DNA of 61,382 nt, taken from assembly GCA_964605195.1 (NCBI GenBank), contig CAZSBC010000001.1, positions 1 to 61,382 on the forward strand. The letters are read 5' to 3'. The notes under the pieces were generated by a model, which did not search any database, was not told the origin of the DNA, and saw only the letters and a list, made by a program, of their open reading frames with translations. This document shows, piece by piece, positions 27,436 to 36,663 of this stretch (positions are counted from its first letter, which is position 1; the number at the start of each line of letters is the position of its first letter). Source of the DNA: an uncultured Spirochaetales bacterium. GTDB lineage: Bacteria; Spirochaetota; Spirochaetia; JABMQR01. Made by a program: the position numbers and the translations under genes.

Positions 27436-28206
27436 ATGATACATCTCGAGCATGTAACGGTTCGCAAACAGGGAAACACCATCCTGGATGATATTTCACT
27501 CACCCTCGATGCCCGGGAGCATACGGCCATTATCGGTCCCAATGGTGCCGGAAAGTCGACACTGGTCAGGCTGATTAGCCGTGATATCCATCCGCTCAAT
27601 CAGCCCCAGACGATCATTGAGGTGTTCGGCAGACGCAACTGGAACATTTTCAAGCTGAAATCACAGCTCGGCATCGTCTCCGACCTCCTGCAGGATGTCT
27701 GCAAATCGACCTACCGGGCCGGGGATATCATCGTATCGGGATTCTTCAACAGCATCGGGCTGGTGCATACCCATGCCGTCACTCAGGCGATGCTGGACAA
27801 AGCCCATGAATCGGCATCCTTCATGGGTGTTGCACACCTGATGCGCAACCACATGAACCGCCTGTCTTCCGGAGAGATCCGCAGGGTCCTCATTGCCAGG
27901 GCACTGGTGAACAATCCCCGTACTCTCATCCTTGATGAACCGGTTACCAGCCTCGACATGCGGGCCCAGGCCGAATTCAAGCAGGCTCTTCGAGATATAG
28001 CCACCAACGGTACCCATATTATCCTAGTCACCCATGACCTTGCCGATATCATCCCGGAGATGAACCGGGTCGTGCTGCTGGATCGGGGCAGGGTGGCTGC
28101 CAACGGAAGCAAACCAGAGATTCTGCAGGAGGACCTGCTCTCTGAGGTGTATGGAACAACCATCTATATCGACCAACGTAACGGCTGGTATAAAGCCTGG
28201 TGCTAA
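27436..28206 (+). CDS. Stand-alone ABC-type ATPase (ModF/YlmA-like) with no adjacent permease
   Basis: It has Walker A (GPNGAGKST), the signature LSSGE and Walker B (LILDEP). A TATACT hexamer lies 6 nt upstream of the ATG, and there is no SD sequence. Confidence 0.8.
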   Translation: MIHLEHVTVRKQGNTILDDISLTLDAREHTAIIGPNGAGKSTLVRLISRDIHPLNQPQTIIEVFGRRNWNIFKLKSQLGIVSDLLQDVCKSTYRAGDIIVSGFFNSIGLVHTHAVTQAMLDKAHESASFMGVAHLMRNHMNRLSSGEIRRVLIARALVNNPRTLILDEPVTSLDMRAQAEFKQALRDIATNGTHIILVTHDLADIIPEMNRVVLLDRGRVAANGSKPEILQEDLLSEVYGTTIYIDQRNGWYKAWC

Positions 28207-28234
28207 GGCGATAACTTTCCCCAACAATTCGATC

Positions 28235-28264
28235 TGGACAGATTGGTACTCTCGTGTGTATAAT
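28235..28264 (+). promoter_or_regulatory. Putative sigma70 promoter (TGGACA-18-TATAAT) upstream of the MBL/VTC/mtaD gene string
   Basis: The hexamers are at 28235-28240 and 28259-28264, followed by a leader of about 80 nt to ATG 28345. Confidence 0.35.
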
Positions 28265-28344
28265 TATCATAGAGTGTATGAGCTATCCAATTACTGGGCA
28301 CATCGTGTGAATGACCGAAGGATCCTCAGGCATGAAGGAACGTT

Positions 28345-29154
28345 ATGGCTCTTTACATAGAGTGGATCGGACACTCCAGCTTCAAGATATCGGGAAGCAA
28401 AAAAATATATATAGATCCCTGGAAGGTTAGCAAGGAGATGCGTGACGGAGATATCATCCTCATCAGCCATCCCCATCACGACCACTTCTCTCCCCATGAT
28501 ATCAAGAAAGTTGCCCGGGAACCCTGGAACCTCTTTGGACCGCAGGATGTTGTTGATGAACTAGGCAGCGGTTCTGCACTCAAGGCCTTTGAGAGCATCT
28601 CCAGCTGCGGCGTATCAATCAAGGCCCTACCCTCATATACCATCGACAAGCTGTTCCATCCCCGCAGGAAAGGCTGGCTGGGATACATTATCATCATTGA
28701 CGGAATATCGATCTACTACGGCGGCGATACCGATGCCCTTCCGGAAATGAAGGATTTCGGTCCGGTCGATATCGCGCTGCTGCCGGTGGGGGGACGGTTC
28801 ACCATGGACTGCAGGGAGGCCGCCACTGCCGTGAAGATGCTAAAACCGGCTACCACCATACCCTACCACTGGGGTGATATCATCGGTAGTAGGGATGATG
28901 CCGAACGCTTCGCAGCGTCATGCGACAGCAAGACAGTGATCCTCAATCCCGGTGAACTGGTAGAGATCTCCAGGGATTACCTGACCAGGCCTGACCCGGT
29001 ACCGGGGACCCTCTCCCAGCGCTACCGTCTCTGGAGGTATCGATTCCGGAAAAACAACGACCCCCTGCTCAAGGCCTCAATTGCCGGCATACGAACCTAT
29101 GCAGCTGAAGGAACCTTCTGTTTTATATTTGATTCTCCTCCGAAAATGGTCTAA
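28345..29154 (+). CDS. MBL-fold metallo-hydrolase
   Basis: It has the HxHxDH motif (ISHPHHDHF) and GGDTD. The C-terminal tail of about 60 aa has an unknown role. Confidence 0.8.
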   Translation: MALYIEWIGHSSFKISGSKKIYIDPWKVSKEMRDGDIILISHPHHDHFSPHDIKKVAREPWNLFGPQDVVDELGSGSALKAFESISSCGVSIKALPSYTIDKLFHPRRKGWLGYIIIIDGISIYYGGDTDALPEMKDFGPVDIALLPVGGRFTMDCREAATAVKMLKPATTIPYHWGDIIGSRDDAERFAASCDSKTVILNPGELVEISRDYLTRPDPVPGTLSQRYRLWRYRFRKNNDPLLKASIAGIRTYAAEGTFCFIFDSPPKMV

Positions 29155-29180
29155 GATTACCCAACAGGACTACAATACCT

Positions 29181-30002
29181 ATGAAAGAAGACTTACCCGC
29201 GTTACTGCGGACATTCTCCCCGATCTCTCTGCAGTCAATGGAACGGGTTACCCTGCTCGACCGCATCGACAGGAAATATATCGTCGCCATTGAGGATCTT
29301 TTGCTGCTGCTCAGGGAGGGGAATACCCGCTACCACATTTTGCAAGAGCCGGGAGGAGATGGAGCAAAAGCTGACGGCAGGACATTCACCTATCAAAACC
29401 TCTATCTCGACACCCCCGGTTTCAGCATGTACTCCTCCCATCACAATGGTCGATCAATCCGCCATAAAGTACGTCTGCGCAACTATCTGGAGACAGAGAC
29501 CAACTACGCAGAGGTCAAGAAGAAGGAGAAGGGACGGACGATAAAGAGACGCCTCCAGCTTGAGAATGGTGCTTTCATGCTGCAGGAGTATCTTGATACC
29601 GCCCGGTACAGCAGGGAAATTGGTGAATTCATCCATACATATTCACCCTACTCCTTATCGGAGCTTGTCCCTGCCGTTGCCAATGCCTTCACCCGCTTTA
29701 CGCTGGTGAGCTGTGAGCTTGATGAACGAATCACCGTGGATACCGGCATAACGTTCGCCTCTCCGGCAGACCTGACATTCTGGATTCCCCTGCCGGAAAC
29801 TGCTGTGGTGGAGGTGAAGAGCGCCGGAAACAGTCGTAACAGTTTCATGCGCTCGGGACTCAAGCAGGCCGGTTACCGACCGCAGGGAATGAGTAAATAC
29901 TGCCTTGGAATGACCATGCTCTATCCCGACTTGAAGTACAATCACTTCAAACCCACTTTTCGGGAAATAACCAAAAGGAGTGTATCAGATGCTGCCAGTT
30001 AA
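29181..30002 (+). CDS. VTC-domain (polyphosphate-polymerase/CYTH-like) protein
   Basis: It shows the pattern RIDRKY...Y.NLYLDTP...R.KVRLRNY....YAEVKKKEKGRTIKRR, characteristic of bacterial VTC-domain proteins. Confidence 0.7.
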   Translation: MKEDLPALLRTFSPISLQSMERVTLLDRIDRKYIVAIEDLLLLLREGNTRYHILQEPGGDGAKADGRTFTYQNLYLDTPGFSMYSSHHNGRSIRHKVRLRNYLETETNYAEVKKKEKGRTIKRRLQLENGAFMLQEYLDTARYSREIGEFIHTYSPYSLSELVPAVANAFTRFTLVSCELDERITVDTGITFASPADLTFWIPLPETAVVEVKSAGNSRNSFMRSGLKQAGYRPQGMSKYCLGMTMLYPDLKYNHFKPTFREITKRSVSDAAS

Positions 30003-30606
30003 TCCATTGATGGACTTTGTTTTCAGGTTCATCATCAATTTCATCGTCCTTCTCATCGTCAGCCGATTCATCTACTACTCCGGCAGCCGCCGCAAGGAGT
30101 ACGTCTTCACCTTCATCATTATCGGTTCCACCGTCTTTGTCCTGAGCTTCATGCTGGCAAGCATCAATATGGAACTGGGGCTTGCACTCGGACTCTTTGC
30201 CATCTTCGGCATCCTCAGATACCGCACCCGCCCCATAGTCGTGAAGGAGATGACCTACCTCTTCTTTTCCATAACCATATCGGTGGTCAACTCCCTTGCC
30301 AGCGCCGGATATGACAACATCCATATCCTCGTCGCAAACGGCGCGATCATCATCATCATCCTCTTCATGGAGCTGGTATGGATGCGACGTACAGTAAGCA
30401 CAATAACCATCCGGTACGAGAAGATCCAGCTGATACATCCCGACCGTCACAGTGAACTGCTTGCTGATCTTACCGATAGACTCGGTATCGAAATCATCTC
30501 CTTCAAGGTGGGTGACATCGATCTTCTCCGTGATACTGCTGCTGTCACCATCCGCTATGATGCCCGCAGGTATGCATATCTTACAGCCGACCATGAGCAG
30601 GAATAG
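29989..30606 (+). CDS. DUF4956-family membrane protein
   Basis: It has four hydrophobic segments and a FGILRYRT motif. It is the usual partner of VTC-domain genes. ATG 29989 is preceded by AAGGAG and overlaps the VTC gene by 14 nt. Confidence 0.65.
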   Translation: MLPVNPLMDFVFRFIINFIVLLIVSRFIYYSGSRRKEYVFTFIIIGSTVFVLSFMLASINMELGLALGLFAIFGILRYRTRPIVVKEMTYLFFSITISVVNSLASAGYDNIHILVANGAIIIIILFMELVWMRRTVSTITIRYEKIQLIHPDRHSELLADLTDRLGIEIISFKVGDIDLLRDTAAVTIRYDARRYAYLTADHEQE

Positions 30607-30607
30607 C

Positions 30608-31903
30608 ATGAATACAGTGATCAGGAACGGTCTCCTCATCCCGATGGATGAATCCTGTGAGCATCGCAGCTTAAGGGCTGACATAGCCATAGAGGGAGAC
30701 CAGATCCGCTATATCGGGAATATCCCTGCCGCATTCAGGGCCGACCGGACCATAGATGCGGAAGGAAAGATTGTGCTTCCGGGGCTGGTGAACGCACATA
30801 CGCACCTGAGCATGGGCCTGCTGCGCAACTATGCCGATGACATGGAGCTCTTTGACTGGCTGAACAACCGCATATGGCCTGTTGAGGGAAAACTCACCCC
30901 CGAGGATGTATATATCGGATCCCGGCTCGGTATCCTGGAGATGATCCTCTCCGGGACAACCGCCTTCGCCGATATGTACTTCTTTCAGGAGGCAACCTGC
31001 GAAGCGGTCAGGGAGAGCGGTATCAGGGCCAGTATAGGACTGACCTTCTTCGGGGATCAGGATGCAACCGAACAGCGCCTTGAGATCTATCAGGACCTGC
31101 ACCACCGCTGGAACGGCAAGGCAGATGGCCGCATCCGACTTGACACTGCCCCCCATGCAATCTACACCTGCAGCGAAGCGACTCTCCGGGCTGCGGTTAA
31201 GTTCTCTGCCGCCAACGATACACGCATCCATACCCACCTCTCCGAGACCCTCCGGGAGAACGCCGATGCAAAGCGGCAGCATCGGATGAGTCCCACGCAG
31301 TATCTCGAGACGATGGGCATCTTCGACCGTCCCGGGCATGCTGCCCACTGCGTGCATATGAGCGCGGATGATCGCTCAATACTGAAACAACACGGCATCT
31401 ATCCCGTGCATAATCCCAGCAGCAACATGAAGCTCGGCAGCGGATTCTCTCCTCTTCCGGAATTCATCTCCGAAGGCCTGCACGTCGCAATGGGAACCGA
31501 CGGGGCCTCCAGCAACAACAATCTCAATATGGTGGAGGAGATGCACATCGCCTCGCTGATACACAAAGGGCACACAGGAGACCCAACTGTCGTCACTGCC
31601 TATGATACCCTGAAGATGGCAACCCTTCATGGAGCCCAGGCCCTCGGTATTGATGAAATCTGCGGCAGCATTACCGTCGGCAAGAATGCCGACCTGATCA
31701 TTATCGATACCAGTGCTCCCCATCTCACGCCGCTGAATAATCCGGTATCAGCCATCGTCTATTCAGCCCAGGCAGCTGATATAGAGACGCTTATATGCGC
31801 CGGCAGGATTGTGATGGATGAGAGAAAGATAACCACTATGCCGGTTGAAACGGTAATCCGGGAGGCAGCCGCCTGTGCACGGAAGCTGCTGCTGAGAAGC
31901 TGA
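30608..31903 (+). CDS. mtaD: Amidohydrolase, 5-methylthioadenosine/S-adenosylhomocysteine deaminase-like
   Basis: It has the GLVNAHTHL metal motif and HLSET. The length of about 431 aa is typical. ATG 30608 lies 1 nt after the DUF4956 stop. The ORF-track start at 30452 is an extension. Confidence 0.75.
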   Translation: MNTVIRNGLLIPMDESCEHRSLRADIAIEGDQIRYIGNIPAAFRADRTIDAEGKIVLPGLVNAHTHLSMGLLRNYADDMELFDWLNNRIWPVEGKLTPEDVYIGSRLGILEMILSGTTAFADMYFFQEATCEAVRESGIRASIGLTFFGDQDATEQRLEIYQDLHHRWNGKADGRIRLDTAPHAIYTCSEATLRAAVKFSAANDTRIHTHLSETLRENADAKRQHRMSPTQYLETMGIFDRPGHAAHCVHMSADDRSILKQHGIYPVHNPSSNMKLGSGFSPLPEFISEGLHVAMGTDGASSNNNLNMVEEMHIASLIHKGHTGDPTVVTAYDTLKMATLHGAQALGIDEICGSITVGKNADLIIIDTSAPHLTPLNNPVSAIVYSAQAADIETLICAGRIVMDERKITTMPVETVIREAAACARKLLLRS

Positions 31904-31925
31904 AAATGAGAGGAGCAACAACAGT

Positions 31926-32999
31926 ATGAAGCCACTGCAGGAAACATTCAGAGCAATCGAATTCAGGGAGGAGACCCTTATCCTGCTTGACCAGCGCCTC
32001 CTTCCCGATACCGTGGCGTATTTCACCTGCACAGATGCACGGGAGACCGAATTCGCTATCCGGGAGATGGTGGTAAGGGGAGCTCCAGCCATCGGAGCTG
32101 CAGCTGCCTACGGAGTCTATCTTGCAGCACGGGAGAGTATTGCTGCTTCCGGTCAGTATATTGACTGGGAAGCGTTTACTTCACGCTGCACCCTGCTCCA
32201 GGGAGCACGGCCCACAGCTGTCAACCTGCGCTGGGCTGTCAGCAGGATGTTCAGGGTGGCCGAAGCTGGGCACCTAGCCGGTGAGGGAGCTGCTGAGATC
32301 CTCAGGCAATTGCTTTTTGCCGCCGATGCCATCCTTGCGGAGGATGTGGCAGTAAACCGTACCATGGCCGAATTCGGGGCAGATCTCATTCCAGCAGGGG
32401 CCAGGATACTCACCCACTGCAATACCGGAGCACTTGCTACCGGTGGATGGGGTACTGCCCTCGGGGTCATCAAGGAGGCCCACAGACTCGGTCGCAATAT
32501 CTTCGTCTATGCCGATGAGACCCGTCCTCGGTTGCAGGGATCCCGGCTCACCGCCTGGGAACTGCAGCAGAACGGCATCCCGTCACGCCTGATCGTAGAC
32601 AGTGCCGCCGCGGTCCTCATAAGGGATCAGGCTGTGGACCTGGTGATACTCGGCGCCGACAGAATTGCCGCAAACGGAGATGTGTGCAACAAGATAGGTA
32701 CATTCATGCTTTCAGTGCTCTGCAAAGAGTACCGGATCCCGTTCTATGTGGCAGCTCCACTGTCAACCATCGATTTCACCATTGACTCGGGAGCCGATAT
32801 CCCCATTGAGGAGCGAAGTGCCGACGAAATAGTGACCATCGGTGACATCCGCATAGCTCCGCAGGATATGCCGGTGTTCAACCCAGCCTTTGATGTCACC
32901 CCGCATACTAACATCACGGCGATCATCACCGAACACGGCATTCTCCGCTCACCCTTCACAGAATCGATAGCCGCGCTGAGGAGGACAACCAATGGCTGA
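31926..32999 (+). CDS. mtnA: S-methyl-5-thioribose-1-phosphate isomerase
   Basis: 357 aa. The motifs LLDQRLLP, RGAPAIG, THCNTGALAT and GADRIAANGD..NKIGT are typical of MtnA/eIF-2B-like isomerases. Confidence 0.85.
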   Translation: MKPLQETFRAIEFREETLILLDQRLLPDTVAYFTCTDARETEFAIREMVVRGAPAIGAAAAYGVYLAARESIAASGQYIDWEAFTSRCTLLQGARPTAVNLRWAVSRMFRVAEAGHLAGEGAAEILRQLLFAADAILAEDVAVNRTMAEFGADLIPAGARILTHCNTGALATGGWGTALGVIKEAHRLGRNIFVYADETRPRLQGSRLTAWELQQNGIPSRLIVDSAAAVLIRDQAVDLVILGADRIAANGDVCNKIGTFMLSVLCKEYRIPFYVAAPLSTIDFTIDSGADIPIEERSADEIVTIGDIRIAPQDMPVFNPAFDVTPHTNITAIITEHGILRSPFTESIAALRRTTNG

Positions 33000-34188
33000 T
33001 ACCAGAGAACTGCACTTTGCCACAAAATGCATCCACAGCAAGTCTGTGCCGGGAGACAGCGCAAAGGGAATTGCCCCCCCCATCCATATGGCATCATCGT
33101 TTGCCTTTGATTCGATTGCGCATGCTGAGGAGGTTATGGACTTCAGGAGTGCCGACTATGTCTATACCCGCGGAAACAACCCCACTCTCCGCCTCTTTGA
33201 GACGAAGATGGCAGCACTTGAGGGGGGCAGTGCGGCAGTGGCCTTCGCTTCGGGCATGGCTGCGATATCAACGGTTCTGCTTTCACTGTTGCAGCCGGGA
33301 GAGCGGCTGCTGACCCATACGACCCTCTACGGCTCTTCCCATGCAGTGGTATCGACCCTGCTTCCCAGGTATGGGATCAGCACCTTCCGGGCAGAGCTGT
33401 TCACCAGGGATGCGGTCACAGCAGCCTTCAGCGAAAAGGGACCGGTACGGGCCGTCTTCTTTGAAACACCCGCCAACCCTACTCTCGATATGATCGATAT
33501 CGCTACAGTTTCAGAAATTGCCCATGAGCACGGGGCTGCCGTAATCGTTGACAATACCTTCGCGACACCCTACCTGCAGCGGCCGCTGCAGTGCGGAGCC
33601 GATGTGGTCGTTCACAGTGCCACAAAGTATATCAACGGGCATGGCGATGCCCTCGGCGGAGTTGCGGTAACCCGGGAGAGCGGATACGGCTTCTCCCTGA
33701 AGTTCGACTACATGTGCGAACTCGGCGGAGTGATGAGTCCGTTCAATGCCTGGCTGATGCTGCGGGGGCTCAAGACCCTCCCACTACGCATGGAACGGCA
33801 CTGCCAGAATGCATCGGCAGTTGCGCAGTTCCTGGCCGGACATCCAGCCGTCACTGCGGTACGATATCCCGGCATGCCCGACAGTACCGGAAATCACCTC
33901 ATTCCCCGGCAGATGCTTCTCGGCGGGGGTATGATCAGTTTCGAAGTGCGTGGAGGGCTGCAGGCTGCCGTGAAATGCATAGACAATCTGCGCTACATCA
34001 CAACGGCCGTCAGCCTCGGGGATTGTGAGACGCTGATCCAGCTCCCAGCAGCCATCACGCACCGCGGCTATGACCGCAGTGCGCTGCAGTCATTCGGACT
34101 GAGTGAATCGATGATCAGGATATCAGTGGGAATTGAACATGTCGATGATATCATCGGAGACCTGGACCAGGCCCTGTCACACATTTAG
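32992..34188 (+). CDS. Cys/Met-metabolism PLP-dependent enzyme, methionine gamma-lyase-like
   Basis: The PLP-lysine motif HSATKYINGHGD is present in a 398-aa product. The ATG overlaps the mtnA stop by 8 nt, and a GAGGAGG RBS is present. Confidence 0.75.
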   Translation: MADTRELHFATKCIHSKSVPGDSAKGIAPPIHMASSFAFDSIAHAEEVMDFRSADYVYTRGNNPTLRLFETKMAALEGGSAAVAFASGMAAISTVLLSLLQPGERLLTHTTLYGSSHAVVSTLLPRYGISTFRAELFTRDAVTAAFSEKGPVRAVFFETPANPTLDMIDIATVSEIAHEHGAAVIVDNTFATPYLQRPLQCGADVVVHSATKYINGHGDALGGVAVTRESGYGFSLKFDYMCELGGVMSPFNAWLMLRGLKTLPLRMERHCQNASAVAQFLAGHPAVTAVRYPGMPDSTGNHLIPRQMLLGGGMISFEVRGGLQAAVKCIDNLRYITTAVSLGDCETLIQLPAAITHRGYDRSALQSFGLSESMIRISVGIEHVDDIIGDLDQALSHI

Positions 34189-34457
34189 TCGATATCAATG
34201 ATGATATCGTCATCCCGGTCGAGCTTCACGTCATACTCACCCACAATCTCATTCTGTTCCCAGACACAGATATGGGCACCCTTACGGATCGACTCGGCAT
34301 GGGATGCCCCAGCGGCAATCTCACAGGAGTGCAGATAGTCGAACCCGACATCCTCGCTGCGGACAAGTACTTTCTTTGGTCGGTTATTGTTGAAGGTGAT
34401 GATGACTGTTTCGCCTGATAGCCGTATTTTTCGCCTTTTTCTGAAGTATCGTATCAC
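34185..34457 (-). CDS. Hypothetical 90-aa protein
   Basis: The GTG start has a GAGG RBS 6 nt upstream. The N-terminus is basic and the C-terminus acidic (DRDDDIIIDID). I recognise no family. It converges on, and overlaps by 4 nt, the PLP-enzyme gene. Confidence 0.4.
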   Translation of the reverse strand: MIRYFRKRRKIRLSGETVIITFNNNRPKKVLVRSEDVGFDYLHSCEIAAGASHAESIRKGAHICVWEQNEIVGEYDVKLDRDDDIIIDID

Positions 34458-34594
34458 AGTCAGCCTCGCTCACCTATCACAACAAATACCGTTATCAATG
34501 GTTACAGTAAGAGTATATCCGAACCGTTATCGAGTTGCAACTGATACCGAAGTTATAGTATGGTATAGAAAGAAATCGATCTCAATTATGAGGA

Positions 34595-35212
34595 TTGCTG
34601 GTGAATACCCACATACGAAAAACTGTACTCGCATCGCTCTTTGCCGCCCTTATCGCTGTCGGGGCCTATATCGTCATCCCGGTTGGACCGGTTCCCATCA
34701 CGCTGCAGACACTTTTCATCCTTACTGCCGGTATACTCGGAGGACGGCAGATAGGGGTATCGGCAGTGACCATTTACCTGACAGCCGGGGCTGTGGGGCT
34801 GCCGGTCTTCTCCGGGGGCACAGGGAGCATCGCTCACTTCATCGGACCTACAGGGGGGTATCTGATAGCATCCCTGCCGGCGGTATTTGTCTGCGGGCTG
34901 TTCTCCGAACTCGGAAACCGGCTTGAGTCAGCCTTTGGCGGCATAGGAGCCGCAACGCTTCAGAGCAGTATTGCAAAGAGTGCCATGCTCACTCTGGGAA
35001 CACTGCTTTCATCGATTATCTTCTATCTGGTTGGGGTCCCATGGCTCAAAATTGTCCTAGGGCTGCAGTGGGATGCAGCATTGCGGGCGGGGCTCATTCC
35101 CTTCATCATCGGTGATATCCTGAAACTGATTACCGCTGTGATCATCGGGACCCTGTTCGGTAGGAGAGTTCATCAGTTTCTCAATCCGGAGAGTGCCAAT
35201 GAGCCTGCTTGA
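34595..35212 (+). CDS. bioY: Biotin transporter S-component BioY
   Basis: The motifs VPITLQTLFILTAGILGG and GPTGGYLI are typical of BioY. The start is TTG 34595 or, more probably, GTG 34601 (GAGGA RBS 6 nt upstream). Confidence 0.85.
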   Translation: MLVNTHIRKTVLASLFAALIAVGAYIVIPVGPVPITLQTLFILTAGILGGRQIGVSAVTIYLTAGAVGLPVFSGGTGSIAHFIGPTGGYLIASLPAVFVCGLFSELGNRLESAFGGIGAATLQSSIAKSAMLTLGTLLSSIIFYLVGVPWLKIVLGLQWDAALRAGLIPFIIGDILKLITAVIIGTLFGRRVHQFLNPESANEPA

Positions 35213-35957
35213 AGTACGTAACGTATCCTACCGTTTCGCCGACGGCTCCTATGGACTGCGCAATATTTCACTGCAGGTAAGCGAAGGAGAGTTCATTGTC
35301 ATATCCGGCAAGAACGGGTCGGGAAAGACTGTCTTTCTGCGGACCCTTAACGGTCTCTACCGGCCGACAACCGGCGAGATCATTGTAAATGGCATTTCGG
35401 TCCGGGAAGCCCCGTTCAAGGCAAGAAGATCCGTCGGCCTGGTATTCCAGGATGCAGACAGCCAGATTGTGGGTCAGACGGTTTTCCGGGACATAGCATT
35501 CGGCCTCGAGAACCTCAGGATTGCCAGACATGAGCTGAAAACACGGGTTCGCCGGGCCCTTGAGATGGTAAATCTTGAGGAGCATATGCACCAGCGAGCC
35601 CACACCCTCTCAGGAGGTGAGAAGCGTCGGCTCACCATAGCCGGGGCAGTAGTCATGAATCCCGCCATACTGGCTCTAGATGAGCCGTTCACCAACCTTG
35701 ACTATCCGGGAGTACTGCAGGTGCTGACCATTCTCTCCCGACTCAAGGAACATGGCCATACCATCATTCTAGTTACGCATGATCTGGACAAGGTACTGGC
35801 CATGGCTGACAGGCTTGTGCTCTTTGACAACGGGACTGTGGTGATGGATGACCGTCCAGAACGGGCTATTCATTCAGCCCCTGCCTGCGGTGTCAGGATA
35901 CCTGCAAAGGATACCGCCGCAATCCGTATCGAGGAGATGACATGGCTGAAAGACTGA
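35199..35957 (+). CDS. ECF-transporter ATPase component (EcfA/BioM/CbiO-like)
   Basis: It has Walker A (GKNGSGKT), the signature LSGGEKRR and Walker B (LALDEP). ATG 35199 overlaps bioY. Confidence 0.85.
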   Translation: MSLLEVRNVSYRFADGSYGLRNISLQVSEGEFIVISGKNGSGKTVFLRTLNGLYRPTTGEIIVNGISVREAPFKARRSVGLVFQDADSQIVGQTVFRDIAFGLENLRIARHELKTRVRRALEMVNLEEHMHQRAHTLSGGEKRRLTIAGAVVMNPAILALDEPFTNLDYPGVLQVLTILSRLKEHGHTIILVTHDLDKVLAMADRLVLFDNGTVVMDDRPERAIHSAPACGVRIPAKDTAAIRIEEMTWLKD

Positions 35958-36655
35958 TCTTTCACTACCATGACCGTCACACCCTGATACACCGTATTGA
36001 TCCAAGGGTTAAGGTGCTGCTGCTTTTTGCCCTTTCAACCGCTCTGCTGCTGGTCAACAGCCTGCAGGCAGTAGCGCTTGCCGGGTATATTGCAGCTGCA
36101 GTGCTCATGGCAAAACTGCCGATTACCCGGTACCGGCGGGAACTGCGCTTCTTTTTTATCATTTTCGCCGTTATCCTGCTGGCCCGCTGGGTATCGGGAA
36201 GTCCCTTCCTTGCCGGAGCCCTTTTCGGGTTCCGGTTCATGTTGATTGTAGCTGCTAGTATACTCTTCACCGACACGACAGCCCCAGAAGATATCACTCT
36301 GGCTCTCTACTGGTACCTGAGACCGCTGAAGTTCCTCAACCCGAAACGTACGGCCGCACGATTCAACCTCACACTCTCCTTCTTCCCGCTCATCTTCGAT
36401 GCGATACTGGAGATCAGGGAGGCCCGGCGGGCAAGGCTGGACAACAGCTGGAGCAGGCCGATTCGCCGGATGGTATCACTGTCATCGCAGATCTTTGACC
36501 TGATTCTCATCAAGGCCGAAGAGATCTCCTTTGCCCTTGAGGCAAGACTCTTCGATGAGGATATCCTGCATGGATCCATTGCATTTTCGCGGATCGACCT
36601 TGCTGCGATGCTGATAACCGCAGCTGTCTCCTGGGGGCTATGGCTCATCCGCTGA
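35942..36655 (+). CDS. ECF-transporter transmembrane T-component (EcfT/BioN/CbiQ-like)
   Basis: The 237-aa membrane protein has an N-terminal LIHRIDPRVK motif and the conserved Arg-rich loop (EIREARRAR). It overlaps the ATPase gene. Confidence 0.8.
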   Translation: MAERLIFHYHDRHTLIHRIDPRVKVLLLFALSTALLLVNSLQAVALAGYIAAAVLMAKLPITRYRRELRFFFIIFAVILLARWVSGSPFLAGALFGFRFMLIVAASILFTDTTAPEDITLALYWYLRPLKFLNPKRTAARFNLTLSFFPLIFDAILEIREARRARLDNSWSRPIRRMVSLSSQIFDLILIKAEEISFALEARLFDEDILHGSIAFSRIDLAAMLITAAVSWGLWLIR

Positions 36656-36663
36656 AATCCCGC

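Noticed and set aside
30452-30607. Upstream extensions of ORF-track starts. These are 30452 for mtaD, 47443 for the APH kinase, 45624 for the mutase, 43316 for nfnA, 24525 for fucU, 24592 for fucI, 21056 for DeoR, 20171 for E2, 58237 and 58880 for the ABC genes, and 50114 for the hexokinase.
   Set aside because: The extensions overlap upstream genes or promoters, lack an RBS, and add non-homologous N-termini. In each case an internal ATG with a good SD sequence, or a family-typical N-terminus, exists.
34458-34594. A possible BirA operator or riboswitch upstream of bioY
   Set aside because: There is no inverted repeat of the BirA type (TGT.AAC...GTT.ACA), and no biotin riboswitch class is known. 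Only the 9-mer direct repeat is reported, as a low-interest finding.
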